DNA from: an uncultured Selenomonadales bacterium
GTDB lineage: Bacteria; Bacillota; Negativicutes; Selenomonadales; Selenomonadaceae
Length of the DNA stretch: 62,118 bases
Direction: 5' to 3'
NCBI GenBank assembly: GCA_946536825.1
Contig: CAMNEX010000001.1
Location: 1-62,118 of the forward strand
Positions 36,813 to 46,693 of this stretch are shown piece by piece. The notes below the pieces were generated by a model. The model made no database searches and was not told the DNA's origin. It saw only the letters and a program-made list of their open reading frames with translations. The position numbers and the translations under genes were made by a program. How positions within the stretch are numbered: position 1 is the first letter of the stretch; each line of letters opens with the position of its first letter.

Positions 36813-38286
36813 AGGCAATCTCTCCGCGCTCCTGCCGCTGATTTTTTTTATGGCGGTCATGGTCGGGATAAGTATTTTTGTCCGACATAAGCAGGCGGGA
36901 AAAAATTTCGTCAGCAATTATTTTATCGGCAATCGCGAATTGGGCGGCTTTGTCTTGGCAATGACGACGGTCGCAACTTACAGCTCAGTTTCAAGTTTTG
37001 TCGGCGGTCCCGGCATGGCTTTTCAAGTCGGCTTCGGCTGGATTTATATGGCGGTCGTGCAGGTGACGGCGATTTTTCTTGTGCTTGGGATTTTCGGCAA
37101 GCGCGTCGCGTTATTGGCGCGGAAATTAAACGCGGTGACGGTCGTCGATATAATTCGCGCAAGGTTTCAATCTGATTTTTTGGCGGCGGTTGCGGCGTTC
37201 GTGATAGTTTTATTTTTCTGCGGAACGATGACGGCGCAATTTGTCGGCGGCGCAAAATTATTTTCGGCAGTGACGGGTTACAGCTACGAAGCGGGCTTAA
37301 TCTTATTCGGCTTGGTCGTCGTCGTTTATACTTCGATAGGCGGCTTCCGCGCCGTCGCGCTGACTGATACTTGTTGCGCTTTAATAATGATGGTCGGAAT
37401 AGTTTTGCTTTTGCATTACGTTTTGGAGGCGGGCGGCGGCTATTCGCAAATTATGACGACGCTTGAAATAAACAACCCCGAAATTTTTGAGCCGTTCTCC
37501 TTCGGGAATATGCCCTGGACGATTTATTTTACTCAATGGCTCCTGGTCGGCATTTGCACAATCGCCTTGCCGCAATCGGTTGTTCGCGGCATAAGCTACA
37601 AAAATACTCAAGGACTTCATCAAGCCATGTTGATTGGCACGGTTGTTGTCGGTTTTATGAATATCGGGATAAATTTCACGGGGATTTTGGCGCATGGAGT
37701 TTTGCCCGGAAGCGCGGCGGATTATGGCGGAGTAGATAACATTATTCCGACGGCGATTGTCAAAGCCATGCCGCCCGAATTGGTTGGGCTCGCGATAATC
37801 GGACCTTTAGCGGCGTCAATCTCGACAATTTCGGGACTTTTAATCGTGGCGTCGAGCGCGATTATCAAAGACGTTTATTTACACTACGCCGAGAAAAATA
37901 ATCACGTCGTGACGCCTGCGCGGGTAAAAATTTTATCGATAGCGGCGACGGCGATAATTGGCGCGGCGGTTTTCGTGATAGCTTTGACGCCGCCGAGTTT
38001 AATTTGGCTGATAAACATGTTCGCATTCGGAGGATTGGAGACGGCGTTTTTCTGGACGCTACTTTTGGGCTTGTTTTGGAAAAAGGCGAACAGATTGGGC
38101 GCGATGCTTTCCATGACGGGCGGCACGATAATTTACTGCGCGACACAAGCGGCGGGCTTTAAAATTTTAAATCTGCACCAAATTACAATCGGGATAAGTT
38201 GTTCACTGATTTTATTTTTAATCGGCTCGTATATCGGCAAGCGTTCGGACGACGCAACTTTAGAAATTTTCTTCCCGAAAAATTAG
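36805..38286 (+). CDS. panF: Sodium:solute symporter family transporter (pantothenate symporter-like)
   Basis: ~13 predicted TM segments and SSS-family look. Translationally coupled to the YhdT-like gene, as in yhdT-panF. Confidence 0.6.
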   Translation: MNEGNLSALLPLIFFMAVMVGISIFVRHKQAGKNFVSNYFIGNRELGGFVLAMTTVATYSSVSSFVGGPGMAFQVGFGWIYMAVVQVTAIFLVLGIFGKRVALLARKLNAVTVVDIIRARFQSDFLAAVAAFVIVLFFCGTMTAQFVGGAKLFSAVTGYSYEAGLILFGLVVVVYTSIGGFRAVALTDTCCALIMMVGIVLLLHYVLEAGGGYSQIMTTLEINNPEIFEPFSFGNMPWTIYFTQWLLVGICTIALPQSVVRGISYKNTQGLHQAMLIGTVVVGFMNIGINFTGILAHGVLPGSAADYGGVDNIIPTAIVKAMPPELVGLAIIGPLAASISTISGLLIVASSAIIKDVYLHYAEKNNHVVTPARVKILSIAATAIIGAAVFVIALTPPSLIWLINMFAFGGLETAFFWTLLLGLFWKKANRLGAMLSMTGGTIIYCATQAAGFKILNLHQITIGISCSLILFLIGSYIGKRSDDATLEIFFPKN

Positions 38287-38309
38287 AATCAAAAATAATA
38301 CAAAAAAAA

Positions 38310-38340
38310 GTCCGCTTAAGAAAAACAAGCGGGCTTTTTG
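38310..38340 (+). terminator. Terminator after the symporter gene
   Basis: GTCCGCTT..(9 nt)..AAGCGGGC followed by TTTTT. Confidence 0.55.
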
Positions 38341-38423
38341 ATTTATAAAAATCTGCGTTGCAAGGAAGTTGCCGCATAACCGATTAGAAATTTATAGCGG
38401 TTGACAGCCGACAGAAAATCTCT

Positions 38424-38987
38424 TCAAAGGGAATTGCCCTGCGCGACCGCCTTGCCGAGTTCGTAAGCGTCATTTAATTCTTTGTGCCCTTTAATGTCGC
38501 CGACTTTCATAACGCCGCCTGCCAATACGTGACCGCGTTCCGTCCAGCCTAAATGTTTCATGAGATTTTGATAATATTGCAGGGCGTCGTCGAAGCCGTA
38601 ACCTTCAGCCGCCATTAACAGGACGGATTCTTTTTTCGGATTGGCGTAATTCGGATCGCACTCGGCAACGGCAAACAATCTGTCAAAAGCCGTGCGAAGT
38701 TGTCCGCTAAAATTCCAATAATAAAGCGGCGTAGCCAAAACTACAATGTCAGCGGCTTTGTAAGCGGGATAAATTTTGTCCATGTCGTCTTTCTGAACGC
38801 AAGGGCTGTCGGGATTTTTTCCGCCGCCGAAACAACCTTTGCAACCGTGAATATTCATTTTGTCCAGGAAAAAAATTTCAACCTCGCAACCGGCTTCGCG
38901 TGCTCCTTTGGCAAATTCTTCGACAAGCGCAGAAGTATTTCCCTTTTTGCGCGGACTGCCATTCAAAACAACAACTTTTCTGCTCAT
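38424..38987 (-). CDS. Flavodoxin-like fold NAD(P)H-dependent FMN reductase family protein
   Basis: MSRKVVVLNGSPRKKGNTSAL… and …ADIVVLATPLYYWNFSGQLRTAFDR…. Start set at ATG 38987; the listed upstream extension overlaps the divergent promoter region. Confidence 0.75.
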   Translation of the reverse strand: MSRKVVVLNGSPRKKGNTSALVEEFAKGAREAGCEVEIFFLDKMNIHGCKGCFGGGKNPDSPCVQKDDMDKIYPAYKAADIVVLATPLYYWNFSGQLRTAFDRLFAVAECDPNYANPKKESVLLMAAEGYGFDDALQYYQNLMKHLGWTERGHVLAGGVMKVGDIKGHKELNDAYELGKAVAQGNSL

Positions 38988-39081
38988 TAAAATCACTCTC
39001 CCAATTCTTGTGCTCAGTGATATAATAGCAAAAAAAATTTTTTTAACAATATGAATAAAAATATAAGACGGAGGGGATTTA

Positions 39082-39426
39082 ATGACTCGCTGCATAGGAA
39101 ATGAAAGCTTCAAAGACACGGGATTATTTTACACGCTGAAATTAATCAAGGGGAAATACAAATTGCGGGTCTTGTATACGTTAATGGAATTCGGCGTTGT
39201 GCGTTTCGGCGAAATGAAACGATATATCGGCAATGAAATTTCGTTTTTCATGTTGAATCGGACGTTAAAAGAATTGGAAGCGGACAATTTGGTAAAAAGA
39301 AAAGAATATAACCAACTTCCGCAAAAAGTGGAGTACTCGCTGACGGAGCGCGGAAAGTCATTAATTCCCCTGCTTGACGGATTATGCACATGGGGCGACG
39401 AGCATAAACCGCAAGAAATTACTTAA
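39082..39426 (+). CDS. HxlR-family transcriptional regulator
   Basis: …LIKGKYKLRVLYTLMEFGVVRFGEMKRYI…LNRTLKELEADNLVKRKEYNQLPQKVEYSLTERG…. Divergent from the flavodoxin-like gene. Confidence 0.85.
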   Translation: MTRCIGNESFKDTGLFYTLKLIKGKYKLRVLYTLMEFGVVRFGEMKRYIGNEISFFMLNRTLKELEADNLVKRKEYNQLPQKVEYSLTERGKSLIPLLDGLCTWGDEHKPQEIT

Positions 39427-39510
39427 TAAGCAAAAGGATTTTTATCAAAAGTTGCGAATAAAATTTATAAAAATTATTGGCAGATTAGTAACGGTTATTT
39501 TTTGAGAGGA

Positions 39511-40671
39511 ATGTTTTTCTTGGCAAACAGAATTATTCTTAACGAAACCTCGTACTTCGGACCCGGAGCCATCAAAGAGATTGCAGGCGAGATTAAGGGG
39601 CGCGGCTGTAAAAAAGTTATGCTCGTTACCGACAAAGACCTTATCAAGTACAAAGTCGCAACGAAGGTAACGGAACTTTTGGAAGCAAGCGGCATTGTTT
39701 TTGAGATTTACGACAACATAAAGGCGAATCCGACTATCGAAAACGTTCAAGAGGGCGTTGCCTTCTGCAAGAAATGCGGCGCGGATATTATCGTCGCGGT
39801 TGGTGGCGGCTCGGCTATAGACACGAGTAAAGCCATTGCCATTATCATGACAAATCCCGAATTCGCAGATGTCAGAAGTCTTGAAGGCGTTGCCCCGACT
39901 AAAAATAAGGCTATGCCGATTATCGCAGTTTCCACAACTTCGGGCACCGCCGCGGAAGTTACGATTAACTATGTCATAACCGACGTTGAGAAAAATCGCA
40001 AATTCGTCTGCGTAGATCCTCATGATATCCCGGTCGTCGCGGTTGTCGATTCCGAAATGTCCGCCTCAATGCCGCCAAAACTCTGCGCGGCTACCGGTAT
40101 GGACGCGCTTGTTCACGCCATTGAAGGTTACATTACCAAGGGGGCGTGGGAATTAACCGATATGGTTCACCTCAAAGCTATCGAAATTATTTCCAAATAT
40201 CTGCGTTCCTCTGTCAAAGGTGACCCGAAAGGTCGCGAGCAAATGGCTTTGGGGCAGTATATTGCCGGCATGGGCTTTTCTAATGTCGGGCTCGGAATAG
40301 ATCATTCTATGGCGCACCCGCTTTCGGCGGTTTATGATATTCCGCACGGAACAGCCTGCGCGATTTTGCTTGCGCCCGTTTTGAAGTTCAATGCACCGGC
40401 TACAGGCGAACGTTATCGCGAAATTGCCCGCGCTATGGGCGTCAAAAACGTCGACGAAATGGATCAAGAAACTTACAGAAAAGCCGCAATCGACGCGGTT
40501 GCAAAACTCAGTTCGGATGTCGGCATTCCGACGAAACTTTCCGATTTGGGCGTTAAGGAAAAAGATATTGATTTCTTGGCTCAATCCGCGCTTGTTGACG
40601 CCTGCACTCCCGGAAATCCTCGCGACGTTACAAAGGAAGAAATTGCAGAAATTTATCGGTCCATTTTGTAA
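39511..40671 (+). CDS. Iron-containing alcohol dehydrogenase (lactaldehyde reductase FucO-like)
   Basis: …ANRIILNETSYFGPG…, GGGSAIDTSKA, and metal-site HSMAHPLS. By RBS spacing and FucO N-termini the start may be TTG 39520. Confidence 0.85.
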   Translation: MFFLANRIILNETSYFGPGAIKEIAGEIKGRGCKKVMLVTDKDLIKYKVATKVTELLEASGIVFEIYDNIKANPTIENVQEGVAFCKKCGADIIVAVGGGSAIDTSKAIAIIMTNPEFADVRSLEGVAPTKNKAMPIIAVSTTSGTAAEVTINYVITDVEKNRKFVCVDPHDIPVVAVVDSEMSASMPPKLCAATGMDALVHAIEGYITKGAWELTDMVHLKAIEIISKYLRSSVKGDPKGREQMALGQYIAGMGFSNVGLGIDHSMAHPLSAVYDIPHGTACAILLAPVLKFNAPATGERYREIARAMGVKNVDEMDQETYRKAAIDAVAKLSSDVGIPTKLSDLGVKEKDIDFLAQSALVDACTPGNPRDVTKEEIAEIYRSIL

Positions 40672-40695
40672 TTGTTATCCGTTTGATAAAAAAAT

Positions 40696-40723
40696 TAGAG
40701 CTGATTTTTGTCAGCTCTTTTTT
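40696..40723. terminator. Bidirectional terminator (ADH / helicase, convergent)
   Basis: AGAGCTGA-tttttg-TCAGCTCT followed by T7, with an A-run upstream. Overlaps the helicase stop codon. Confidence 0.6.
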
Positions 40724-42213
40724 TATATTCGTCCGCTCAAAAGTTTCGCTCGGCGTTCCTGCCACTTATGCCACGCCCAACCCTTTTGATAGCCGCAAAC
40801 TTGAGCAATATGCAAACAATCTTCGTAAGAGGTTGCGTATTCAAGCGCATTGTAAGCAACCCAGCCGACTTGATAATTTTTGGCTTTGGCAATTTCCATA
40901 AAATCTTCCGGAGATCTCGGCGCGTGAGTTATCCGCTGTTGCCTCGCCGCGTAAATTTCACGCTGAATATAACTGAGAATACCTTCATGTTCTCTAAGGC
41001 GTTCTTCTTCGTCCTCTTCCGTAACGAATTTATAACCGCACTCTGGACAAGTTTTCGTGGCAAAAGGAACGACAAGTTCGCAATCGGGACATGTTTTGAC
41101 GGGAGCCGGATGATGCCTTTTTGGCGGATTGGGGTCAAGCGACCACTCGTGAACGGTGTTAGGCAATCCGAAGCGCAAATAGTTTTGAACGTGATCGATA
41201 ATGACAGCTACTTTATCCGGATCGTCTTTATCGGGACGTAGCGGGCGCATTGCCTGCTGAATGTAAAGGGTCAAAGAGCGCGTCGGACGCGCGAGGATAA
41301 CGGCTTGACAGCGCGGCACGTCAAAACCCTCTGAAAACAACTCGGCATTGCAGAGAACTTTAATTTTTCCCTGCCGAAAATCTTCAACAAGATATTCGCG
41401 TTCTTTTTTAGGAGTTTCGCCGTCAACATGCGCGGTGGGAATGTTTGCACGGAGGAAAGATTCGCTGACCATTTTTGAGTGATTGACGTTGACGCAATAA
41501 CAAATGGCGGATTTATTCTTCGCAAGCTTTTTGTAATGGGCAACGATGTCGCCGATAATACATCTGCTACTCATAACCTGCGCAAGCTCCGAATTTACAT
41601 ATTCGCCAAATTTGGTATGGACGTGGCTCAAGTCAATGTCAGTTTCGGGCGCGAAATAATTAAAATCAGTAAGGTTGCCGAGCTTGATAAGTTCGTCGAC
41701 GCTCGGACCTTCAACCATGGAAGTAAAAACGTCACCGAGATTAATTCCGCCCATGCGTTGAGGAGTAGCAGTGACACCAACCAAAAAAGCATCCTTCCAT
41801 TTGTTGATAATCTTTTTGTAAGTGTTCGCGAGAATGTGGTGGCATTCGTCACAGATAAGGAAATCGGGAGCGGGAATTTTATCAAGGCGACGAGCGAGCG
41901 TCTGAACGCTTGCAATTTGAACAGGCAAGTCTAATTGCATAGGAGTTCCCGCCGCAATTATTCCGTGCTCAACGCCAAGTCTGTCAAATGTTTCAGAAGT
42001 CTGACTAATGAGTTCGTGTCTGTGAACGAAGAAGATTGAACGCTTGCCGCGCCGCGCAGATTCACGAATCATCCAGCCTGTCATGATAGTTTTACCTGCG
42101 CCGCATGGCGCAACTCCGACTATGCGCTTGTGATTTTTGCGAAATTCGGCGCGAACGTCGTTAATGAATTGTTTCTGATATGGGCGAAGAGAAATTTTAT
42201 CCACGATAAACAC
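40723..42213 (-). CDS. Superfamily-2 DEAD/DEAH-box helicase with C-terminal zinc ribbon (phage-type)
   Basis: Motif I APCGAGKT, motif II ICDECHH, motif III GVTATP, motif VI IQQAMRPLR. Zinc ribbon CPDCE…CPECG. Confidence 0.75.
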   Translation of the reverse strand: MFIVDKISLRPYQKQFINDVRAEFRKNHKRIVGVAPCGAGKTIMTGWMIRESARRGKRSIFFVHRHELISQTSETFDRLGVEHGIIAAGTPMQLDLPVQIASVQTLARRLDKIPAPDFLICDECHHILANTYKKIINKWKDAFLVGVTATPQRMGGINLGDVFTSMVEGPSVDELIKLGNLTDFNYFAPETDIDLSHVHTKFGEYVNSELAQVMSSRCIIGDIVAHYKKLAKNKSAICYCVNVNHSKMVSESFLRANIPTAHVDGETPKKEREYLVEDFRQGKIKVLCNAELFSEGFDVPRCQAVILARPTRSLTLYIQQAMRPLRPDKDDPDKVAVIIDHVQNYLRFGLPNTVHEWSLDPNPPKRHHPAPVKTCPDCELVVPFATKTCPECGYKFVTEEDEEERLREHEGILSYIQREIYAARQQRITHAPRSPEDFMEIAKAKNYQVGWVAYNALEYATSYEDCLHIAQVCGYQKGWAWHKWQERRAKLLSGRI

Positions 42214-42345
42214 CTCATTTCAGTCAAATTCAGCGATTTTTTTATTTTAGTCTTTGAATTGCTTTTTAGTCAAATAATTTTTGATTGCAAAAAAAAAATT
42301 GCATGAATTTTTATCCATACAAACTTTTTATCGGGACAAATTTTT

Positions 42346-43230
42346 TCAGAGCAAAGCAAAATGTGTATCGCCGACTTGTTTCATAGTTGCGCTTGCGTAA
42401 TTTACATTGCTTGAATCATAAAGTAGCGGACGGCGATTTTTTTCGACTCGCGGATTGGGATACGGCACGGCGGACAGCAAACTTTTCGTGTAAGGGTGAA
42501 CGGGATTTGAAAAAATTTCCTGCGTCGAGCCGGTCTCTACAAGATAGCCCAAATGCAGAACGCCGATTCTGTCCGAAATGTATTTTACCATGCTCAAATC
42601 GTGCGCAATGAACAGATAGGCGCATTGCGTCTGCGCTTGAATATCTTTCATTAGGTTGACGACTTGCGCTTGAATTGAAACGTCCAAAGCCGAAATGCAT
42701 TCGTCGGCAATTATCAATCGCGGTTTCATGACAAGGGCGCGAGCAATTCCGACGCGTTGCCTTTGTCCGCCCGAAAATTGATGAGGATAACGCTCGGCGT
42801 GAGCGGGAGATAATCCGACCTTTTCCAAAATCTCGCCGATAATATTGTTGCGCTCTTTCTTACTTGAGTAAAGCCCGTGAATATCAAGCCCCTCGCCGAT
42901 AATGTCGCCGATTTTTTTTCGCGGATTCAAACTCGACATGGGATCTTGGAAAATCATTTGCATATTTTTCCGCAACATGCGACGAGTCTTTCTATCGAGT
43001 TCGCCGGAAATTTTTCTATGGTTGAAAATAATTTCGCCCGCCGTCGGGTCGTAAAGCCGAATAATACTGCGCCCGATTGTCGTTTTGCCCGACCCCGATT
43101 CCCCGACAAGTCCGTAAGTTTCACCGGGATAAATTTCAAACGACACGCCGTTGACAGCTTTGACCGTGAAATTTCTGGAAACTTTAAAATGTTGGTAAAG
43201 ATTTTCAACCTTCAGCAAAGGTTCGCTCAT
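42346..43230 (-). CDS. oppF: Oligopeptide/dipeptide ABC transporter ATP-binding protein
   Basis: GESGSGKTT, FSGGQRQR, IIADECISALD, and an Opp C-terminal extension (…HPYTKSLLSAVP…). Confidence 0.85.
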   Translation of the reverse strand: MSEPLLKVENLYQHFKVSRNFTVKAVNGVSFEIYPGETYGLVGESGSGKTTIGRSIIRLYDPTAGEIIFNHRKISGELDRKTRRMLRKNMQMIFQDPMSSLNPRKKIGDIIGEGLDIHGLYSSKKERNNIIGEILEKVGLSPAHAERYPHQFSGGQRQRVGIARALVMKPRLIIADECISALDVSIQAQVVNLMKDIQAQTQCAYLFIAHDLSMVKYISDRIGVLHLGYLVETGSTQEIFSNPVHPYTKSLLSAVPYPNPRVEKNRRPLLYDSSNVNYASATMKQVGDTHFALL

Positions 43231-44291
43231 AAAATATCAGCCGCCTTTCTTGCCCGCGCCAATCTCAAGCGCAATTCTTTTGGCAACTCGATTTTCGGGG
43301 CGTCGGGGTGTAAAAGCCACGTCGCTGCAAAATGCGTTTCCGAAATTTTAAACATCGGCGGTTCCTCGCGTTCGTCGATTTTCATTGCAAATTTATTTCG
43401 GGCGGCAAAGGCGTCGCCTTTCGGCTCGTGTAAAAGATTTGGCGGACTGCCGGGGATTGAATAAAGTCTGGCATCTTGAGTTTCTAAATCCGGCATTGCC
43501 GAGAGCAAACCCCACGTGTAAGGGTGGCGCGGGTCATAAAAAATTTCGTCGACCGTGCCCTTCTCAATAATTTTTCCCGCGTACATGACATTGACAAAAT
43601 CGGCGACTTTCGCCACGACGCCTAAATCATGCGTGATATAAATTACCGACAAGCCCATTTTCGTTTGAATATCTTGGATTAAATCCAAAATCCGCGCCTG
43701 AATTGTCACGTCAAGAGCGGTGGTCGGCTCGTCGCAAATTAAAATTTTCGGCTCGCAAGAAAGGGCTATCGCAATTACGACGCGCTGACGCATGCCGCCC
43801 GAAAGTTGGTGCGGATAATTCTTCATGCGCTTTTCCGGATCTGTTATTCCGACGAGTTTCAAAAGCTCGACGGCTTTTTCTTTTGCCTCCGCCGCCGAAA
43901 TTTTTTTGTGGAGAAACATGCATTCGGTAATTTGCGAACCGATTTGCATTGTCGGATCCAAACTCGTCATCGGGTCTTGAAAAACCATTGCGATTTGTTG
44001 CCCGTTGATTTTTCGCCGCAATTCTTTTTTGCTAAGTTTTAGCAGGTCGATAAAATTTTCTTCGCCCGTCCGATAAAAAATTTCTCCGTTATTGACTGTG
44101 GCATTGTCGTCCAAAAGCCCTGCGACGGCTTTCATTGTGACGGATTTGCCTGAACCCGACTCCCCGACCAGCGCGAGTGTTTTACCTGTCGGCAATTCAA
44201 AATCGACGCCGCGTATTGCGTGAACTTTCCCCGCATTCGTCCGAAATGTTATATCCAAATTTTTTACTGATAAAATTATATTTTTTCCCAT
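43227..44291 (-). CDS. oppD: Oligopeptide/dipeptide ABC transporter ATP-binding protein
   Basis: GESGSGKS, LSGGMRQR, LICDEPTTALD, …HPYTWGLLSAMP…. 4-nt overlap with oppF. Confidence 0.85.
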   Translation of the reverse strand: MGKNIILSVKNLDITFRTNAGKVHAIRGVDFELPTGKTLALVGESGSGKSVTMKAVAGLLDDNATVNNGEIFYRTGEENFIDLLKLSKKELRRKINGQQIAMVFQDPMTSLDPTMQIGSQITECMFLHKKISAAEAKEKAVELLKLVGITDPEKRMKNYPHQLSGGMRQRVVIAIALSCEPKILICDEPTTALDVTIQARILDLIQDIQTKMGLSVIYITHDLGVVAKVADFVNVMYAGKIIEKGTVDEIFYDPRHPYTWGLLSAMPDLETQDARLYSIPGSPPNLLHEPKGDAFAARNKFAMKIDEREEPPMFKISETHFAATWLLHPDAPKIELPKELRLRLARARKAADIL

Positions 44292-44447
44292 TGCATAACC
44301 TCAAGTCTCCGATTTATTTCTAAAAAATTATAGAAAACGCTGTAAAGAAAGTCAACGAAAAAAATTCATATTTTCTCCATTTAACTTGACAGTTACTTTT
44401 TTAAGCTGTTATCATAATAAAAATTTCATGAAAAGGAAGTGATTCAT

Positions 44448-45053
44448 TTGGAAAGATTTGGCATTACAGAAATTAACGACGAAATTTTTTCAAGAATCGC
44501 GGGAAAATCTTACAAGGTAAATTGCCCGCTGCCGCTCGGCGAATTGCGATATCTCAAGCTCCTGCACAAAAATTTGAGTGGAGAAATTTTAAGCGGCGAA
44601 ATGATTTGCAACGTCAAAATTGCTGAGGTTGTTCTTGACATTTTCCAGAAACTTTTCGCGGCAAATTACCCGATTGAAAAAGTTCGCCTTATCGACGAAT
44701 ACGACGCCGACGACGAACTTTCCATGCGCGATAATAATTCTTCGTGTTTTAATTTCCGGTTCGTCTCCCACACCAACAGAATTTCTCTGCACGGCTACGG
44801 GCTCGCGGTCGATATCAATCCGCTTTACAATCCCTACATCAAAACTGTTGACGGCAAAAAAATTATCGCGCCCGATAATTCGGTCGACTTTGAAGACCGC
44901 GAAAAAATTTTCCCCTACAAAATCACGGAGGACGATCTATGTTGCCGCCTGTTTCGCGAGAAAAATTTTTTATGGGGCGGTAATTGTTGGGACGACGAAA
45001 AAGATTATCAACATTTCTTTATCAATGCTTGGGAGGGTTTGGAACGTGTTTAA
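44448..45053 (+). CDS. M15-family zinc peptidase (D-Ala-D-Ala dipeptidase/carboxypeptidase-like)
   Basis: ISLHGYGLAVDINP (SxHxxGxAxD) and DYQHF. Start at TTG 44448 (8 nt after AAGGAAG) or GTG 44439. TGtTATCAT extended -10 with TTGACA upstream (44386-44415). Confidence 0.7.
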   Translation: MERFGITEINDEIFSRIAGKSYKVNCPLPLGELRYLKLLHKNLSGEILSGEMICNVKIAEVVLDIFQKLFAANYPIEKVRLIDEYDADDELSMRDNNSSCFNFRFVSHTNRISLHGYGLAVDINPLYNPYIKTVDGKKIIAPDNSVDFEDREKIFPYKITEDDLCCRLFREKNFLWGGNCWDDEKDYQHFFINAWEGLERV

Positions 45054-46692
45054 AAAATTTTTTATGCTAATTTGCGCGGCTCTGCTGATAGCGGGTTGCG
45101 GCGGCGGCGAAGAGTCCGCCAATAACAAATTGAGCGTCATGCTCGCTTCAAATGTCGTGTCGCTCGACAGCGGGCAATGCACTGATGTCGCGTCGTTTGA
45201 AGTTATCGCCGACTGCATTGACGGCTTAACGCAACTCGACGCCGACGGGAAAGCGATTCCCGCCATTGCCGAGAGTTTCGACGTTTCTCAGGACGGCAAA
45301 ACTTATACCTTCCACCTGCGCGACGCCAAATGGTCTAATGGAGACGACGTTACCGCCGACGATTTTGTATTTGCTTGGCGGCGTCATTGTCAAAAGGCGG
45401 AAGAATACGCCTATATTATGGACTCGACGGTTGCTTGTGTTAAAAATGCCGACGCCGTTATCAAAGGCGGCGACCCGACAACTTTGGGCGTAAGCGCACC
45501 CGACCCCAAAACTTTTGTTGTTGAACTCGACGCGCCCGTTTCCTTTTTCCCCGCGCTTATGAGTTTCCCGACTTTTTATCCGATTAACGAAAAATTTTAT
45601 AACAGCCTCGACAGCGGCACTTACGGAACAACGCCCGATACATTTTTGTCGAACGGCGCGTTTGTCCTCAGCGATTATTTGCCCGGCACCGCCAATATCC
45701 AGCTTAAGAAAAATGACAGCTATTGGAACGCCGATAAAATTTCTCTCGACGCCTGGCAATATCAAGTCGTCTCCTCCTCCGACAACGCTTTGATCGCTTT
45801 TAAAAACGGCACTTTAAATCTTGTCACGATAAGCGGCAGTCAAGTCGAACACGTCCAAGCCGACGCTGAACTTTCCAAAAATCTCAAGAGCATTCCTTCG
45901 GGCGCGTTGAGTTATCTCACATTCAATCAAGATCCTAAAAATCATCACGCGGGCGCACTTGCAAATGTCAATCTCCGCCTCGCAATTTCAAACGCCATTG
46001 ACCGCGAATCTCTTACAGAAAATTACGTTATGAACGGCTCGACGCCCACTTACACCGCCATTCCGATTCACTTCGCGCCCAATGCCAAGACCGGAAAATT
46101 TTTCGCCGAAGATCAAAATCAATTTGCCGATTATGTCGGCTTCGACGTTGATAAAGCTCGCGGCTTTTTTGAAAAGGCAAAATCCGAACTCGGCAAAGAC
46201 AGTTTTGAACTTGAAGTGATTTACTCCAATGACGGCGGCGGCAGTACAAAAGTTATTCAAGCGATTAAGTCGCAAGTCGAAGAAAATTTGCCCGGCGTAA
46301 TTTTAAAACTTCAGCCCATGCCCAAAGCCGAATATCTCGACAAAGTCACCACCAACAGTTTCGACCTCGCGCTGACGGATTGGGTGCCCGATTACGATGA
46401 CCCGATGACTTTCTTGACGCTTTGGACAACCGAAGGTTGCGAAATTTGCGAACACTGGAGCAACGCCGATTACGACAAAATTATTGCCGATTGCACAAGC
46501 GGTTCACTCGCCGCCGATTACGACGCCCGTTGGAACGCAATGTACGACGCCGAAAAAATTCTTCTCGAAAATGCTGTTATCGCGCCCCTTTTCACGAATG
46601 CCAATGCAATTCTGATTGCCCCGAATATCAGCGGCGTTGATTTTCATGTCGCGGGCGTCAATCGCGTTTTCAAATCAGCGACGATAAAATAA
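45046..46692 (+). CDS. oppA: Peptide ABC transporter substrate-binding lipoprotein (family 5)
   Basis: GTG 45046 after GGGAGGG gives VFKKFFMLICAALLIAGC-GGG, a signal peptide with lipobox. The listed 690-aa ORF start (44620) lies inside the M15 gene. Confidence 0.8.
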   Translation: MFKKFFMLICAALLIAGCGGGEESANNKLSVMLASNVVSLDSGQCTDVASFEVIADCIDGLTQLDADGKAIPAIAESFDVSQDGKTYTFHLRDAKWSNGDDVTADDFVFAWRRHCQKAEEYAYIMDSTVACVKNADAVIKGGDPTTLGVSAPDPKTFVVELDAPVSFFPALMSFPTFYPINEKFYNSLDSGTYGTTPDTFLSNGAFVLSDYLPGTANIQLKKNDSYWNADKISLDAWQYQVVSSSDNALIAFKNGTLNLVTISGSQVEHVQADAELSKNLKSIPSGALSYLTFNQDPKNHHAGALANVNLRLAISNAIDRESLTENYVMNGSTPTYTAIPIHFAPNAKTGKFFAEDQNQFADYVGFDVDKARGFFEKAKSELGKDSFELEVIYSNDGGGSTKVIQAIKSQVEENLPGVILKLQPMPKAEYLDKVTTNSFDLALTDWVPDYDDPMTFLTLWTTEGCEICEHWSNADYDKIIADCTSGSLAADYDARWNAMYDAEKILLENAVIAPLFTNANAILIAPNISGVDFHVAGVNRVFKSATIK

Positions 46693-46693
46693 G

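Noticed and set aside
40723-42345. A prophage or integrative element around the helicase.
   Set aside because: No integrase, att-like direct repeats, tRNA target or other phage genes are present in the flanks, so only a lone helicase is reported.
44620-45045. The upstream 142 codons of the listed 690-aa ORF, which would extend the peptide-binding protein.
   Set aside because: This part overlaps the M15 peptidase gene in another frame. GTG 45046 behind GGGAGGG gives a textbook lipoprotein signal (LIAGC).
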